A stretch of DNA of 64,000 nt, from the NCBI GenBank assembly GCA_963663965.2, contig CAXXFK010000028.1:320001-384000 (forward strand), written 5' to 3'. This DNA is from Sedimentisphaerales bacterium (GTDB lineage: Bacteria; Planctomycetota; Phycisphaerae; Sedimentisphaerales; SM23-30). Under the pieces are notes generated by a model, which was given only the letters and a program-made list of their open reading frames with translations, ran no database searches and was not told where the DNA came from. Position numbers and translations under genes: made by a program. Positions 1 through 10,115 of the stretch are shown here, in pieces. How positions within the stretch are numbered: position 1 is the first letter of the stretch; each line of letters starts with the position of its first letter.

Positions 1-577
1 CGGAATGTTGATAACAGAGTTCGGCAAAGTCAGCGCCCCCGCGTAATTGTAACAGGACATTTTCCATTTCTTGCTGTAATTCCCGTGAGGCGATTCCATT
101 TTCGACGTGCTTGACAATATGGCAGGCGTGGACCATCTCCGGTTGAACATACTCTTCTGCATGTTGGTCATAGAAATTTTTAGTTTCATCGTCTGAAGGT
201 TGTTCCGGCAATTCGGTGATTTTCCGAACAAATCGATCGACTTGCATGCCCGCTTTGATATCCGCAATGATTTCCGGTTCGCGCTTTTCGCCGCCTTCGA
301 CATTTTTGAAAAACTCATCGCGGCCGCCATTTTTTTCTACCAGATCATCAAAGTGCTTGCGGGCTTCGCGGTCTGCCACCAATGCGTCTGCGTCATGAGC
401 GGCCTGGCGCAACAATTCCCGTTCGATAATGTTTTCGCGCGACCAGTCACGCAACTGACTTTCGCGTTCTTCTTCATTCATTTCGGCGAAGGTTCGGTCA
501 TACTCCGGCCGCATGCGTTCCATTTCCTGTTCAATTGACTCCGGTTTCACTGGTTGGCCGTTTACATATAACACCAT
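1..577 (-). CDS. Parvulin-type peptidyl-prolyl cis-trans isomerase (SurA/PrsA/NifM-like), 3' end outside the window
   Basis: Not in the ORF track. Manual minus-strand translation from ATG at 577 (AGGAGA RBS upstream) gives MVLYVNGQPV...FYDQHAEEYVQPEMVHACHIVKH...GADFAELCYQHS, with the parvulin 'V.A.HI' and 'G.DFAELA..HS' motifs. The frame stays open to the window edge. Confidence 0.85.
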   Translation of the reverse strand, partial: MVLYVNGQPVKPESIEQEMERMRPEYDRTFAEMNEEERESQLRDWSRENIIERELLRQAAHDADALVADREARKHFDDLVEKNGGRDEFFKNVEGGEKREPEIIADIKAGMQVDRFVRKITELPEQPSDDETKNFYDQHAEEYVQPEMVHACHIVKHVENGIASRELQQEMENVLLQLRGGADFAELCYQHS

Positions 578-698
578 GTATCTCCTGTAGTATATTTCAA
601 ATTCGAGTTTGGTTGCCAGAGAAGGCAAACATGATTTTCTTCCAATCTGGATTGTTGCCTAACGGATATAATCCTGAGGAAATCAGGTTTTGTCCAGG

Positions 699-1997
699 TT
701 ATACCTTTAAAAGGTCTTTAACAATTTGAATCGTTCTGGCTGTGGCGCCTTTACTTTCTATCACTACTTGCCGGCCGCAACGGGCCAGATCTTGTGCCCG
801 GTTACTGTCAAGTAAAGTGCTTTTGACGCTTTCAGGCAATTCATCGACACGGGTGATCTCAATGATTCCCTTTCCAGCCCGTAGTTTGGCCATGGAATCT
901 GAAAAATTTTCAGTATAAGGGCCCACAATCGTAGGTTTGGCCAGAGCCACGGCTTCAATCATGTCAGATCCCCCCATTGCGGTCAAAGACCGGCCAACAA
1001 ATATTGAATGAGCCAGCGCGTAAAATTTTCTCAGATCACCCATCGTATCTCCCAGAATAACTTGCTCCTCACCACTTGCCTGTGTCTGACCGGTTTTTAT
1101 CTGGCTGTAACGGATAAACTTGAATGCCTCTGCCTCAATCAGTCGGGCTACGTCATCAAATCGTTCAGGCTTACGAGGTACGATGACTAGCTTTAAACCA
1201 GTCAGTTCGGGCTCGTTAATTAACGTCCGGTAGGTCGATAGTATTGCCTCTTCTTCACCAGGGCCTGTACTGCCCGCAACCCAGAGACGATCCGATTGGG
1301 CAAGATTCAGGGCTTTTGCCATATCCTCCTGACCCACGACAGGCAGTTCGGTTTGTGCCGTATCGTATTTTAGAGAGCCAGCAGTAATAATCTTGTTATT
1401 TGGTACGCCCAGATAGCTGAATCGTTCTGCATATTCCTGATCTTGTGCCAATACCCGATCTAACCGGCCAAACATCGGACGAACCAGCCAGGCAATACGT
1501 TTGTAACGTGGAAATCCTTTTCCGGAACTGATCCGACCATTGGCGACTATGGTTGGTATGGAATTTTTCCAGGTATAATAGGTGAAATTGTGCCAGACCT
1601 CCAGTTCCATCAAAATACAGATGTTTGGTTTGATTCGTTTTAAGGCCCTCTTGACTGACCATGAGAAATCAAATGGATAGAAAAAAACCATATGATCCCG
1701 GCCGTAAAGATGCAGTGCTCTGTCATAACCCGTGTCAGTAGTTGTGCTTATAACTATGTCGCATTCAAAACTATGTTTCAACTGCTCAATGACGGTTTGA
1801 GTGGCATTTACCTCGCCCATACTGACAGCGTGTATCCAGATACACCTTCGTGAACTGTTACGAACTGGAACAAAGCCAAAGCGATGGCCCCATCCTCTTC
1901 GGTATCGTCCCTGCTTGATGCCCCGGTAGAATAGCATCGGGAGAAATACCACCAAGGCGATTGAATAAATTATGTCAAATAATACACTTATGATCAT
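699..1997 (-). CDS. waaA: 3-deoxy-D-manno-octulosonic acid (Kdo) transferase
   Basis: IWIHAVSMGE, STTTDTG, YPFD, ELEVW, ANGRIS, GSLKYD, VPRKPERF and GDTMGDL are WaaA/KdtA motifs. Start placed at the internal ATG (1997) preceding the N-terminal TM segment; the ORF track starts at 2093. Confidence 0.93.
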   Translation of the reverse strand: MIISVLFDIIYSIALVVFLPMLFYRGIKQGRYRRGWGHRFGFVPVRNSSRRCIWIHAVSMGEVNATQTVIEQLKHSFECDIVISTTTDTGYDRALHLYGRDHMVFFYPFDFSWSVKRALKRIKPNICILMELEVWHNFTYYTWKNSIPTIVANGRISSGKGFPRYKRIAWLVRPMFGRLDRVLAQDQEYAERFSYLGVPNNKIITAGSLKYDTAQTELPVVGQEDMAKALNLAQSDRLWVAGSTGPGEEEAILSTYRTLINEPELTGLKLVIVPRKPERFDDVARLIEAEAFKFIRYSQIKTGQTQASGEEQVILGDTMGDLRKFYALAHSIFVGRSLTAMGGSDMIEAVALAKPTIVGPYTENFSDSMAKLRAGKGIIEITRVDELPESVKSTLLDSNRAQDLARCGRQVVIESKGATARTIQIVKDLLKV

Positions 1998-2169
1998 AGA
2001 TGGTTTTTGTATGGTAATGAGTGTTTTAAATTTCGAATGGGATATTGTATGAGGGTGTATAACGGACAGCAAGAATAAATAGAGCCGATTCAATCGATTA
2101 ATGACCCTTGACGGGTTATCTTATTGAATAATAGTGCAATTATTCAGGATACTGTTAAAATAGACAACC

Positions 2170-3129
2170 GTGATTCGATATCGATCAAAGTTAAGTCAAG
2201 GCAAAACACCTCGATGGTCCTTACCCGCCACCGGTTGGGGAGTATCGCTGGTGATCCATTTGTTATTGGGGGTTATTTTAGTTATAGCCAGTCCGGCAGT
2301 AGTCCCGGTTTTACGCAATCAACCAGCTCAAACAGCGATCGAAACCAGTCAGAAGGAGCCGGTATTTGAAACGACCGTAGAAAAATTACAACTCGAATCA
2401 GCCCTCCCCATTCAGGAAAACTGGATTGATGCCTCCTTTCCTGACTGGAAAGGTGCTGATATGGCTCATTTATCCTTCCCATCCGGATCAAACCTGTTAG
2501 CTGTGACAGGAGCCGGATCAGCCCGATCTCTGCCGGTTCAGGGCCGTTCCGAACGGTTAATGAGCGAATTCTGTGGTACTGCCGGCAGTGCGGATCGTAT
2601 CTGTTTTGTCGTTGATATCTCTGGTAGTATGGTGATTGCTCACGATTATGTTCAATCAGAATTGCTCCAGGCAGTGGTGAGTTTGACGCCCATGCATCAT
2701 TTTGGATTGATATTTTTTGCCGGGGGGGATCCCTCCGTGATGGAACCCGGCTATCTGGTTCGTGCCAGCGCCGTACGTCGCCAGGCGGCCGTACCATTTA
2801 TTCGAAATGCCGGATTATTGCCTGTTGCTGGTGAACAGCGGGCCTGGCAGGCCGTGACACGAGCGCTGCAACAGGCCTTTGAAATGAAAACGAAGCAGAA
2901 CCGGCCGGTTCGTCTGATTTATTTATTTACAGATGGACAGTTTGATCATGCCCAGGTCCGTCAGGTCGTCGATCAGTTGCAGGAAAAGCATGCCGGTTTG
3001 GTGACTCTCAATGTGATTGCCTGTGGGTATGAAGAAAATGAGCCTTTCTTAAAAGAGCTCGCCGGCCGTTATAAAGGACAATATCGTTTTATTACGGATG
3101 AGGAACTGGCCACTTTTAATAAAAAATAA
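2170..3129 (+). CDS. Membrane-anchored von Willebrand factor A domain protein
   Basis: N-terminal TM (SLVIHLLLGVIL), MIDAS motif FVVDISGSM, IYLFTDG, C-terminal 'FLKELAGRYKGQY'. Confidence 0.85.
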   Translation: MIRYRSKLSQGKTPRWSLPATGWGVSLVIHLLLGVILVIASPAVVPVLRNQPAQTAIETSQKEPVFETTVEKLQLESALPIQENWIDASFPDWKGADMAHLSFPSGSNLLAVTGAGSARSLPVQGRSERLMSEFCGTAGSADRICFVVDISGSMVIAHDYVQSELLQAVVSLTPMHHFGLIFFAGGDPSVMEPGYLVRASAVRRQAAVPFIRNAGLLPVAGEQRAWQAVTRALQQAFEMKTKQNRPVRLIYLFTDGQFDHAQVRQVVDQLQEKHAGLVTLNVIACGYEENEPFLKELAGRYKGQYRFITDEELATFNKK

Positions 3130-3221
3130 TACTGACTCGAGTTTGTTATTAGATATCTATCAACAAGTAGCCTTTAATCTGGATCACGATTAGTAGAAGG
3201 CAGGAAAGTCCAATAAGTACA

Positions 3222-3941
3222 ATGAAGCGCTTAATTTTATCGTTAGGGATATTACTTATTCTAAGTGTTAATATCTGGGCCCAGAACGAGCCCGCACCGC
3301 CGCCGGACAACGACTTCTACAAATTCTTTTATTCCGGCGGGCCGCTGGTCTGGCTGGTATTATTGCCCTTATCATTGGTGACAGTCAGTCTGGCCACCCA
3401 GTCTCTGTTAGCGATTCGTGGTAAGAAATTACTGCCTCTGACCGTTCAAGAGAAAGCGAAGCAGATGATTCAGGACGGCCAGTATGATCATCTGGCTGAG
3501 TTTCTGTCACGAAACGGTAGTATGCTGGCCCGACTGTTGCGGATTGCGCTGATCGAACGCCCGGCCGGCCGGATAGCCATGGAAAACGGTGTATCCGATT
3601 ATCTCGAACAGGACACTACCGAGATGCTGCGGCGGATCGAATGGTTGAATATTATTGGTAATGTCGGTCCGATGATAGGCCTCTTTGGTACTGTCTGGGG
3701 TATGATTGACACTTTCAGCGCCATTGTCCGGGCCGGGGGGCAACCCGAGGCGCCCGCGCTGGCCGATGGCATTTCCACTGCCCTGGTGACTACCTGGTGG
3801 GGGATGGTGGTGGCGATACCGGCGCTGGCGGTTTACGGATTCCTGCGCAACCGGATCGATTCTCTCGCGGCCCGGGCGGCTGTACACGCTGAAGAAGTGA
3901 TTCAATTGATTACTGAACACCAGGTGGAGTCTCAGGCATGA
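3222..3941 (+). CDS. MotA/TolQ/ExbB proton channel family protein
   Basis: GGPLVW, IGNVGPMIGLFGTVWGMIDTF and LADGISTALVTT motifs. Confidence 0.92.
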   Translation: MKRLILSLGILLILSVNIWAQNEPAPPPDNDFYKFFYSGGPLVWLVLLPLSLVTVSLATQSLLAIRGKKLLPLTVQEKAKQMIQDGQYDHLAEFLSRNGSMLARLLRIALIERPAGRIAMENGVSDYLEQDTTEMLRRIEWLNIIGNVGPMIGLFGTVWGMIDTFSAIVRAGGQPEAPALADGISTALVTTWWGMVVAIPALAVYGFLRNRIDSLAARAAVHAEEVIQLITEHQVESQA

Positions 3942-4465
3942 TTCGTGCGCCCGAAAGTTTACGATTGCATGAGCCGGGTCAGTTCAATATGACTCCGATG
4001 ATTGATGTGGTCTTCTTATTGATCATATTCTTCATGCTGATCTGCCAGTTTATCGCCAGCGAAAACTATAAACTGCTGGTGCCGGATCGCTGTCAGGGAG
4101 CCATCGCCAGTGAAAAACTGGACGAAAACGCGGTGACATTATCTGTTTTTCCCGATGAATCCGATCCTTCTGGTGAAATGTTTGCGGTACGTTCCCGGAC
4201 GTTCGATCCCGATAGTCCGGTTTATGATGGGCATCGCGATAAGCTGGTGGCTGATATGGGGGCTGAAATCGAAAAACAACTGCATGACCGTAGTGATCCA
4301 ATCGTCTATTTGCGCGCGGATCGCGCCCTGACTTACGCCCAGGTTCAAGATGCGCTGGCAGCCTTGGCGCGCGCCAAAGTGACCCGGTTGCAATTAGCCG
4401 CCTTTAAACATTCTCATAATGACACGGATGTTATATCAGATAATCCAGTATCGAATCCCAGATGA
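3938..4465 (+). CDS. ExbD/TolR family protein
   Basis: NMTPMIDVVFLLIIFFM TM motif with conserved Asp; LRADR motif; ATGA overlap with the exbB-like gene. Confidence 0.9.
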   Translation: MIRAPESLRLHEPGQFNMTPMIDVVFLLIIFFMLICQFIASENYKLLVPDRCQGAIASEKLDENAVTLSVFPDESDPSGEMFAVRSRTFDPDSPVYDGHRDKLVADMGAEIEKQLHDRSDPIVYLRADRALTYAQVQDALAALARAKVTRLQLAAFKHSHNDTDVISDNPVSNPR

Positions 4466-4935
4466 AACGACTTCGTCCACATAGCCTTTTAGCCAACCAT
4501 AATGGTATTCGCCTGACCTTTCGGATGGTGCCGATGATCGATGTGGTTTTCTTGTTGTTGATCTTTTTTGTATTAACAGCCAATTTCCGGGCCAGCGAAG
4601 GGTACCTGCCGGCCGATTTGCCGAGTCAGCAATCAGAAAGCAACACTCCGGCGGAACTGGAACCAATGTCGGTTTGGCTCAGTCCGGGTAAAAATGCCGG
4701 ATGTAACGTACAAATCAGTGGCGGTGGTCAATTGGAAATATCCAATGATAATGAACTGGAGTGGGTAAAATTGCGTCTTCAGGTTGAGCAGATTATGCAG
4801 CGTCAAGGCCGTCATCTGGACGATCCCGTCAGGCTGGCGCCAGATGCCTACACGCGATGGGACCATGTCGTTCGCGCTTACGATACGCTTTGGCGAATGA
4901 ACCTGACCAATATCGTATTTGCGATGGCTGAATAA
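4462..4935 (+). CDS. ExbD/TolR family protein (second copy)
   Basis: MVPMIDVVFLLLIFFVLT motif; 'PD..TRWDHVVRAYD' C-terminal motif; ATGA overlap. Confidence 0.88.
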   Translation: MKRLRPHSLLANHNGIRLTFRMVPMIDVVFLLLIFFVLTANFRASEGYLPADLPSQQSESNTPAELEPMSVWLSPGKNAGCNVQISGGGQLEISNDNELEWVKLRLQVEQIMQRQGRHLDDPVRLAPDAYTRWDHVVRAYDTLWRMNLTNIVFAMAE

Positions 4936-4987
4936 AACAGTATTCCGGAAACCTGGCCCAAAGTTGATGATACAGATATAATGAAGG

Positions 4988-7600
4988 TTGATAAACAGAA
5001 TCTATTCACAATTAACGATGTTCTTTTTAAAACAGGTAATGACTCAAGCAAAAACAAGAACAATATTATTTATCCCTCTCCTGGCCCTTGTCTTGATATT
5101 CAGGATTAGTTATGCGGCTGCGGCCGAAGTTCAGGCAGACCTGTTACGCTATTATCGCGCTCATCCGGTACCTCAGTCAACCTTCGATGTGTTGGCGGAA
5201 AATCCCGTCGAAATTTCCGAACCACACTTGCCCGATCGTGTGCGTACCATGCTGGATCGTGGCGATATGACCCTGCTGCAATCCATCTATCAGGAACTGT
5301 CCGGTAAACTGGACCGCCAGGCTGAAATATTACGGGATGCGATCGGTGTCTTTTATCGAACATCGGCCAATCCGCCCGCCGTGCAATTGGGCCAACTGGT
5401 CAACCATACGGAAGATTCCCTTTATCTGGCGGAAAACCTGGTCAATCATCTGTTGCTCTGGCTCGATTGGTTTCCTGATGAAGACTGGCCAGAGCAATAC
5501 GGTTCGCTTTATACCTTTCTTACCGGGGCCAGACGATTAAATCTGGTTTATCGTTGCCAGACGGTTTATGGTCAGGCAATAGCCAGCGTGTTTCAATCAA
5601 GAACCGGTCTGGACGGTCAAGGCGACCAGTTAAGACTGCTGCATCAGACCATCCATCAAATCGACCAGTTTGATCCGCAACATAACGATGGCCGCCTTTC
5701 GATCTGGCGGGTAAGGTTATACCACGCCTGTCATCGTCTGTCTGGAACGACCGTTTTTCAACAGCCGCTGCAAAAGGCATACGACCAATTCGAGATGATT
5801 CGATGTGAGGGTGAATTGGAAATCGAGCGCAATCTGCTCCAGATCGAATATAATGCGGACAAACAAGCTATTGATTACGATTTGTTATTAAAACGCTGTC
5901 AGCAGGTGTTTGAAGCATTAAGGGACTCTCAAGCGGACCCTGCCATCGTTCAGGTTCTGAGATTACGCGCCGCCATGCTCACCAGCCAGATTATGCAGCG
6001 ACAGATCTATCGGTCTGCGATGACCGGACCGGTTGCCCAGGAAAATTATCATCAACTATGTTTATTCAATACGACTTATTTGCAGACACTGGTGCGGGCT
6101 ACCGAGGGACAGCAGGAATATATTGAATTTGCCAGAACCATGATCGTCAATCGTTTGCAGGCTTCACTGGATCAGATTTTAGAGAAGGGAAAATCCGGCG
6201 AGATTGGCTCATTGGTGGCCAAATGGCCGGCCGATTGGCAATATGGACTGGCGGATCGCTATTTTTACGCGACTCCCGCACGGTATGACATTGCGATCCC
6301 TCTTTATCAGCAGGTCGTTCGGCAGACGGGCGCCGGAGAACTGATTCCGGCGGCATGGTATAAATTGGGACTCAGCTATGACCAGCAGGCGTTAAAAGGT
6401 GAATACTCGGAAAATATACGTGCCGATCTGCTTCAGAATGCCACCCGGTCACTTTTACAATTCTCTCAGAAGTTCCCAACCTGGCGGCCAAACTCCCTGT
6501 CAGGCCTGCGTGGCGATGACCTGCCCGGTCAGGCCATCGAACGAGCCGCTGCAATTGTCTGTGGTGAACTTGACGCCAACTACGATGCATTGCGGTTGGA
6601 AGTCCTTCAAACGCTTTGTGGCGCCCTGAACGATACCGAAGAGTTATCCGGTTCTTTTGCTGACCGTCCTGCCGCCCGCTCCTGCCGATATTTTTATGCC
6701 CGGGCATTGCATCAAGCCGGCCAGTTAAACAATGCGTTAATCGTCTATCGATTAGTAGATAAGGATGATAATAATTATATCCCGGCCCAACTCGGCTGGT
6801 TGCAGACCCAATATCAAATTTTATCAGTGACACCAGAAACGGAGCCCTGGCAGCCTTTGGCTGAACAGATCAAAGCCTTTATTCTGCAATATTCCGATCA
6901 TGTTGCTTCCATCGACGCAACGGTGTTACTTATCGACATCTTTGGGAAAATAACTGGCTGGTCAGATTGTCTCCACGTTGTTGGAATTGTCTGTCAGGCT
7001 CACCCTGACGAGCCGTTACTGGGCCAGGCAATTTTGAGTCAGGCAGCTACTGTCAGTAGCTATTTAGATAAAAGATATCGGTCAAGATGGCAGGATAAAG
7101 ATATCATCCTGTTACAAGATTGGCTGATGCTGACGGATTATGCCGTTCAGACCAGTCAGGTGGATAGCGATGCCCTGTTATTGAAAGCAGCGCGATCCTA
7201 TCGTCAGGAAGCCGCCGCCTGGCTGGCCCTGGCCGCATTGAATTTTAAACCAGTAAAATTACCGCGATTGATCATTGACAATGTCAGAAAGGAACTGGCC
7301 GAAACCGATACTTCTCCAACCCTGGCAACTATCCGCTATCGCGCCATGCTGACCTATGCCGATGGCGATTATGACCAGTCGCGTCGTTTCTGGTATCTGG
7401 TGCGTCAGGGCACTGATCCGGATAATCCTGAATCCGCGGATAGGTGGTGGGAATCCCGCTATTACAGTCTGAAATGTCTGTTCAACCTTGGCCAGCACGA
7501 TGAAGCGGTCCATGCTGCTGAAGTACTGTTACGATCCTATGAGAATCAATCGAATATCTGGAAAAATCACATTACCCAATTAATTAAATCGCCGCAATAA
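4988..7600 (+). CDS. Large exported helical-repeat (TPR-like) protein
   Basis: 870-aa ORF with a signal-like hydrophobic N-terminus and TPR-like segments (AWYKLGLSY, YFYARALHQAGQLNNA, WWESRYYSLKCLFNLGQHDEA). The start may be an ATG near 5039. Confidence 0.7.
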   Translation: MINRIYSQLTMFFLKQVMTQAKTRTILFIPLLALVLIFRISYAAAAEVQADLLRYYRAHPVPQSTFDVLAENPVEISEPHLPDRVRTMLDRGDMTLLQSIYQELSGKLDRQAEILRDAIGVFYRTSANPPAVQLGQLVNHTEDSLYLAENLVNHLLLWLDWFPDEDWPEQYGSLYTFLTGARRLNLVYRCQTVYGQAIASVFQSRTGLDGQGDQLRLLHQTIHQIDQFDPQHNDGRLSIWRVRLYHACHRLSGTTVFQQPLQKAYDQFEMIRCEGELEIERNLLQIEYNADKQAIDYDLLLKRCQQVFEALRDSQADPAIVQVLRLRAAMLTSQIMQRQIYRSAMTGPVAQENYHQLCLFNTTYLQTLVRATEGQQEYIEFARTMIVNRLQASLDQILEKGKSGEIGSLVAKWPADWQYGLADRYFYATPARYDIAIPLYQQVVRQTGAGELIPAAWYKLGLSYDQQALKGEYSENIRADLLQNATRSLLQFSQKFPTWRPNSLSGLRGDDLPGQAIERAAAIVCGELDANYDALRLEVLQTLCGALNDTEELSGSFADRPAARSCRYFYARALHQAGQLNNALIVYRLVDKDDNNYIPAQLGWLQTQYQILSVTPETEPWQPLAEQIKAFILQYSDHVASIDATVLLIDIFGKITGWSDCLHVVGIVCQAHPDEPLLGQAILSQAATVSSYLDKRYRSRWQDKDIILLQDWLMLTDYAVQTSQVDSDALLLKAARSYRQEAAAWLALAALNFKPVKLPRLIIDNVRKELAETDTSPTLATIRYRAMLTYADGDYDQSRRFWYLVRQGTDPDNPESADRWWESRYYSLKCLFNLGQHDEAVHAAEVLLRSYENQSNIWKNHITQLIKSPQ

Positions 7601-7643
7601 AGGCCAGTTGAAGAACCTCTTTCGCCAGTGCCTGATCTGGGCA

Positions 7644-8094
7644 TTAAAGTTTTAACATTTTTCGATAGCGGGTGATATCGTCACGTACAATCTGACCTAT
7701 GATATCGGCTACCATCTTGTTTTCGCTTCGACTGATCGCGTGAGGAGGACGGTAGGGGGGGATAAACTGTTCCGAAGGGGCTGCGGTATTTTCAGCTATG
7801 GTCGTATCGACTGGATTTTCGATCGGGATCAATGGAGTCGTATCATGGGTCTGGTCCGGGTCCAGATCGTTGGCGGCCGCTTCCAGCGATGCCAGCATCA
7901 AATCCATTCGCGCTTTTTTCGATTTCTGATATCTGCAACGCGGACTCCGGTTCAGAGGGCGAATCGGAATGGTTTACCGGTTGACGGGATCCTTTTTCGA
8001 GGCCGGCATCGCCGCGCAGCAACGATAATTCCTCACTGCTGGGTCGATAGTCCTCAACATATTCGGTATCAGAATGTCTCTCGTCATTATTCAT
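7644..8094 (-). CDS. Hypothetical acidic protein of ~149 aa, split by an apparent +1 frameshift at an A6 run (7914-7919)
   Basis: ORFs 7843..8094 and 7644..7907 join as ...EIEK-ARMDLMLASLE... if one A is removed. A sigma70-like promoter lies directly upstream. Confidence 0.55.
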
Positions 8095-8105
8095 GAAGTA
8101 TAAAC

Positions 8106-8135
8106 ATTATAACTTACCGTATATATTGATTGCAA
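8106..8135 (-). promoter_or_regulatory. Sigma70-like promoter TTGCAA-N18-TATAAT
   Basis: Minus strand reads TTGCAA tcaatatatacggtaagt TATAAT, 11 nt upstream of the ATG at 8094. Confidence 0.6.
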
Positions 8136-8175
8136 GAAAAATGAATAACAGGGCGGCCCAGGGAGCTTGGGAGAA

Positions 8176-8691
8176 TTATTGATTTATACTCAAAACCCCT
8201 GCGGAAATTTGTGCAGATATTTCTAAACTGTTTTTTTTATCAGGAGTTATGGTTACTTTTTCAATCTGCGAGGTATTGTCATTTACTAAACTGGTAATCA
8301 TTTGAGATAATTCATCGGGAGTGATCTGCGTCAAATGTATTTCAACCCGGGTCTCATTGAAACGGTCGTTTTGTCCTTTTGGAGTTGTGGTTACTTGCGC
8401 CTTGTTGGCCAGATCCGATTTTTTCAATATCAAGTTAATATATTCCCGGGGATTTTGCTCCGGACGGGTAAGGATTTCTTTTTTTAAGGTTGCCATTTGC
8501 CGGTCGAGGTGACGGTATTCTCTGGCATTACCGGCCAGTTGCTCCATGACAACTTCCGTTTCCGGGATAATCCGATTTAACGTCTCGATCCGCTGCCAGG
8601 CCGGCCGGATGACCAGCATAAACACCATCCATAGCGCAACGCACCCGGCTAACACAATGGCTGATTGTCTTTCTCGTTTTGAAAGATTCAT
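8176..8691 (-). CDS. gspM: Type II secretion system protein M
   Basis: 'LSKRER' followed by a TM and coiled coil, typical of the GspM N-terminus; last gene of the gsp operon. Confidence 0.75.
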   Translation of the reverse strand: MNLSKRERQSAIVLAGCVALWMVFMLVIRPAWQRIETLNRIIPETEVVMEQLAGNAREYRHLDRQMATLKKEILTRPEQNPREYINLILKKSDLANKAQVTTTPKGQNDRFNETRVEIHLTQITPDELSQMITSLVNDNTSQIEKVTITPDKKNSLEISAQISAGVLSINQ

Positions 8692-10115
8692 AATACCTCT
8701 TTATCAGATGCTTCTTCAGGTAAATGCAGTTCAATCTTCATGCGAAAGTTAAACATCTCCTCCGATTTTGCTTCATTGACAGGAATGATCTCAACGTGCG
8801 AAAAAACCGCCTGGTTTTCAAGCTGTTTCTGCCAGCGGCTTACTGTTTCTTCATTTTGGGCAAGGGCGGTGATTTGAAATTGATTATTTTCCAGTATAAT
8901 TTCCCGGATGGTTAACTCCGGCATATTTTCCTGCAACTGGTTCCAGACAGCAAATCCCGTCTGTGGGATAAGGTAAGGGCTGATCATGCCGGCATCTGAT
9001 TTCAAATCGTTTAATCGCTGGGACAGTTGGGCCTGTTCATCGATAATATTGACTTCATCCGGTACTGTTTCAGTAAAAGTCATCCGAATCTGGTCTTTCA
9101 GATCGCTGTAATGCTGTTCCAGCACATACCGTTCCAGCAGTGTTCCGCACAGCCATGACACCAGGCTGATTCCCGCCAGGATCAGCGCGGTGAACGTCTG
9201 TTTCCGAACCGAAAGTGACGAATCCTTTGGTTGCGGTTTCGCCAGTCTGATAAGATTATCCTGGTCCTGGCGGGAGGCGTTAAAATAATGCAGCGCCAGT
9301 CCTTCACTCAAGCAAAGCGTGTAGTCATCCCGTATCTCTTCCTCGCAGTCAACCTGCGCGAAAGGATCCAGTTCAACGACCCGGTATTGACGTTCACTCA
9401 CCAGGTGGTTGATCAGGTCCAGACGGTCCCCGGCATGGGAGGCAATATAAACAGGTGTCTGCTTGGGCATGGCCTGTCCAAATAGACTATACCAGGTCTG
9501 ATCCAACTCATTCACAATCGCCTGATCGAATGAATCGTCACCGGATGACCGGGCCGGAAAAGCCCGGTGACCTGCCAGTTTTCCAAGGTCGCTTATAATG
9601 AGATAACAATGCCGGGTGTCTTCATAAAAGATGGTCACTCGCTGATCGGACAACTCGGGATGATTGACCAGCGCGACCGTATGTATCGCTCGGGCGGTTG
9701 GGATGATAGACCGGCATTTCAAACCGCTTTGCCGTACCATCGTCAGCAAATAGTGATAGATCTTACGGCGAACGACGGTTAATTGCTTCGTAGAGGTATT
9801 CTCTCCGTTAGGATGAATTTCAGAAATGGCATTGTCAGCAATCAACGGGCTGAATCGTTCGAAATGACTGGTTTCGTCTGTTTTCAGTTCAGTCTGAAAC
9901 AATGCGTCTGGCGGTAAATTGATAATGACCGGGCTGCGTCGGTCAAAACCCCGGACGGCAGTCAGGTCTTTTAAAATATTCAGAGGATTATCGGACTTCC
10001 GGCGTGTCAACGCGTTATGGCTGTGCTGGATGCGGTAGCGGCCGTTCTCTCGTGTCAGTTGAACCGCCTTGATCCAGTTGGGGCCAATATCCAGTCCTAT
10101 GCAATGTTTCGCCAT
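8688..10115 (-). CDS. gspL: Type II secretion system protein L (PilM-like cytoplasmic domain, TM, PilN-like periplasmic domain)
   Basis: N-terminal IGLDIGPNWIKAVQL actin-fold motif, a central TM, and position between gspK and gspM. Confidence 0.75.
   Translation of the reverse strand: MAKHCIGLDIGPNWIKAVQLTRENGRYRIQHSHNALTRRKSDNPLNILKDLTAVRGFDRRSPVIINLPPDALFQTELKTDETSHFERFSPLIADNAISEIHPNGENTSTKQLTVVRRKIYHYLLTMVRQSGLKCRSIIPTARAIHTVALVNHPELSDQRVTIFYEDTRHCYLIISDLGKLAGHRAFPARSSGDDSFDQAIVNELDQTWYSLFGQAMPKQTPVYIASHAGDRLDLINHLVSERQYRVVELDPFAQVDCEEEIRDDYTLCLSEGLALHYFNASRQDQDNLIRLAKPQPKDSSLSVRKQTFTALILAGISLVSWLCGTLLERYVLEQHYSDLKDQIRMTFTETVPDEVNIIDEQAQLSQRLNDLKSDAGMISPYLIPQTGFAVWNQLQENMPELTIREIILENNQFQITALAQNEETVSRWQKQLENQAVFSHVEIIPVNEAKSEEMFNFRMKIELHLPEEASDKEVL

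Noticed and set aside
200..729. Plus-strand ORFs 200..538, 216..398 and 535..729
   Set aside because: They are shadows of the minus-strand parvulin PPIase (1..577), which the track missed because it runs off the window.
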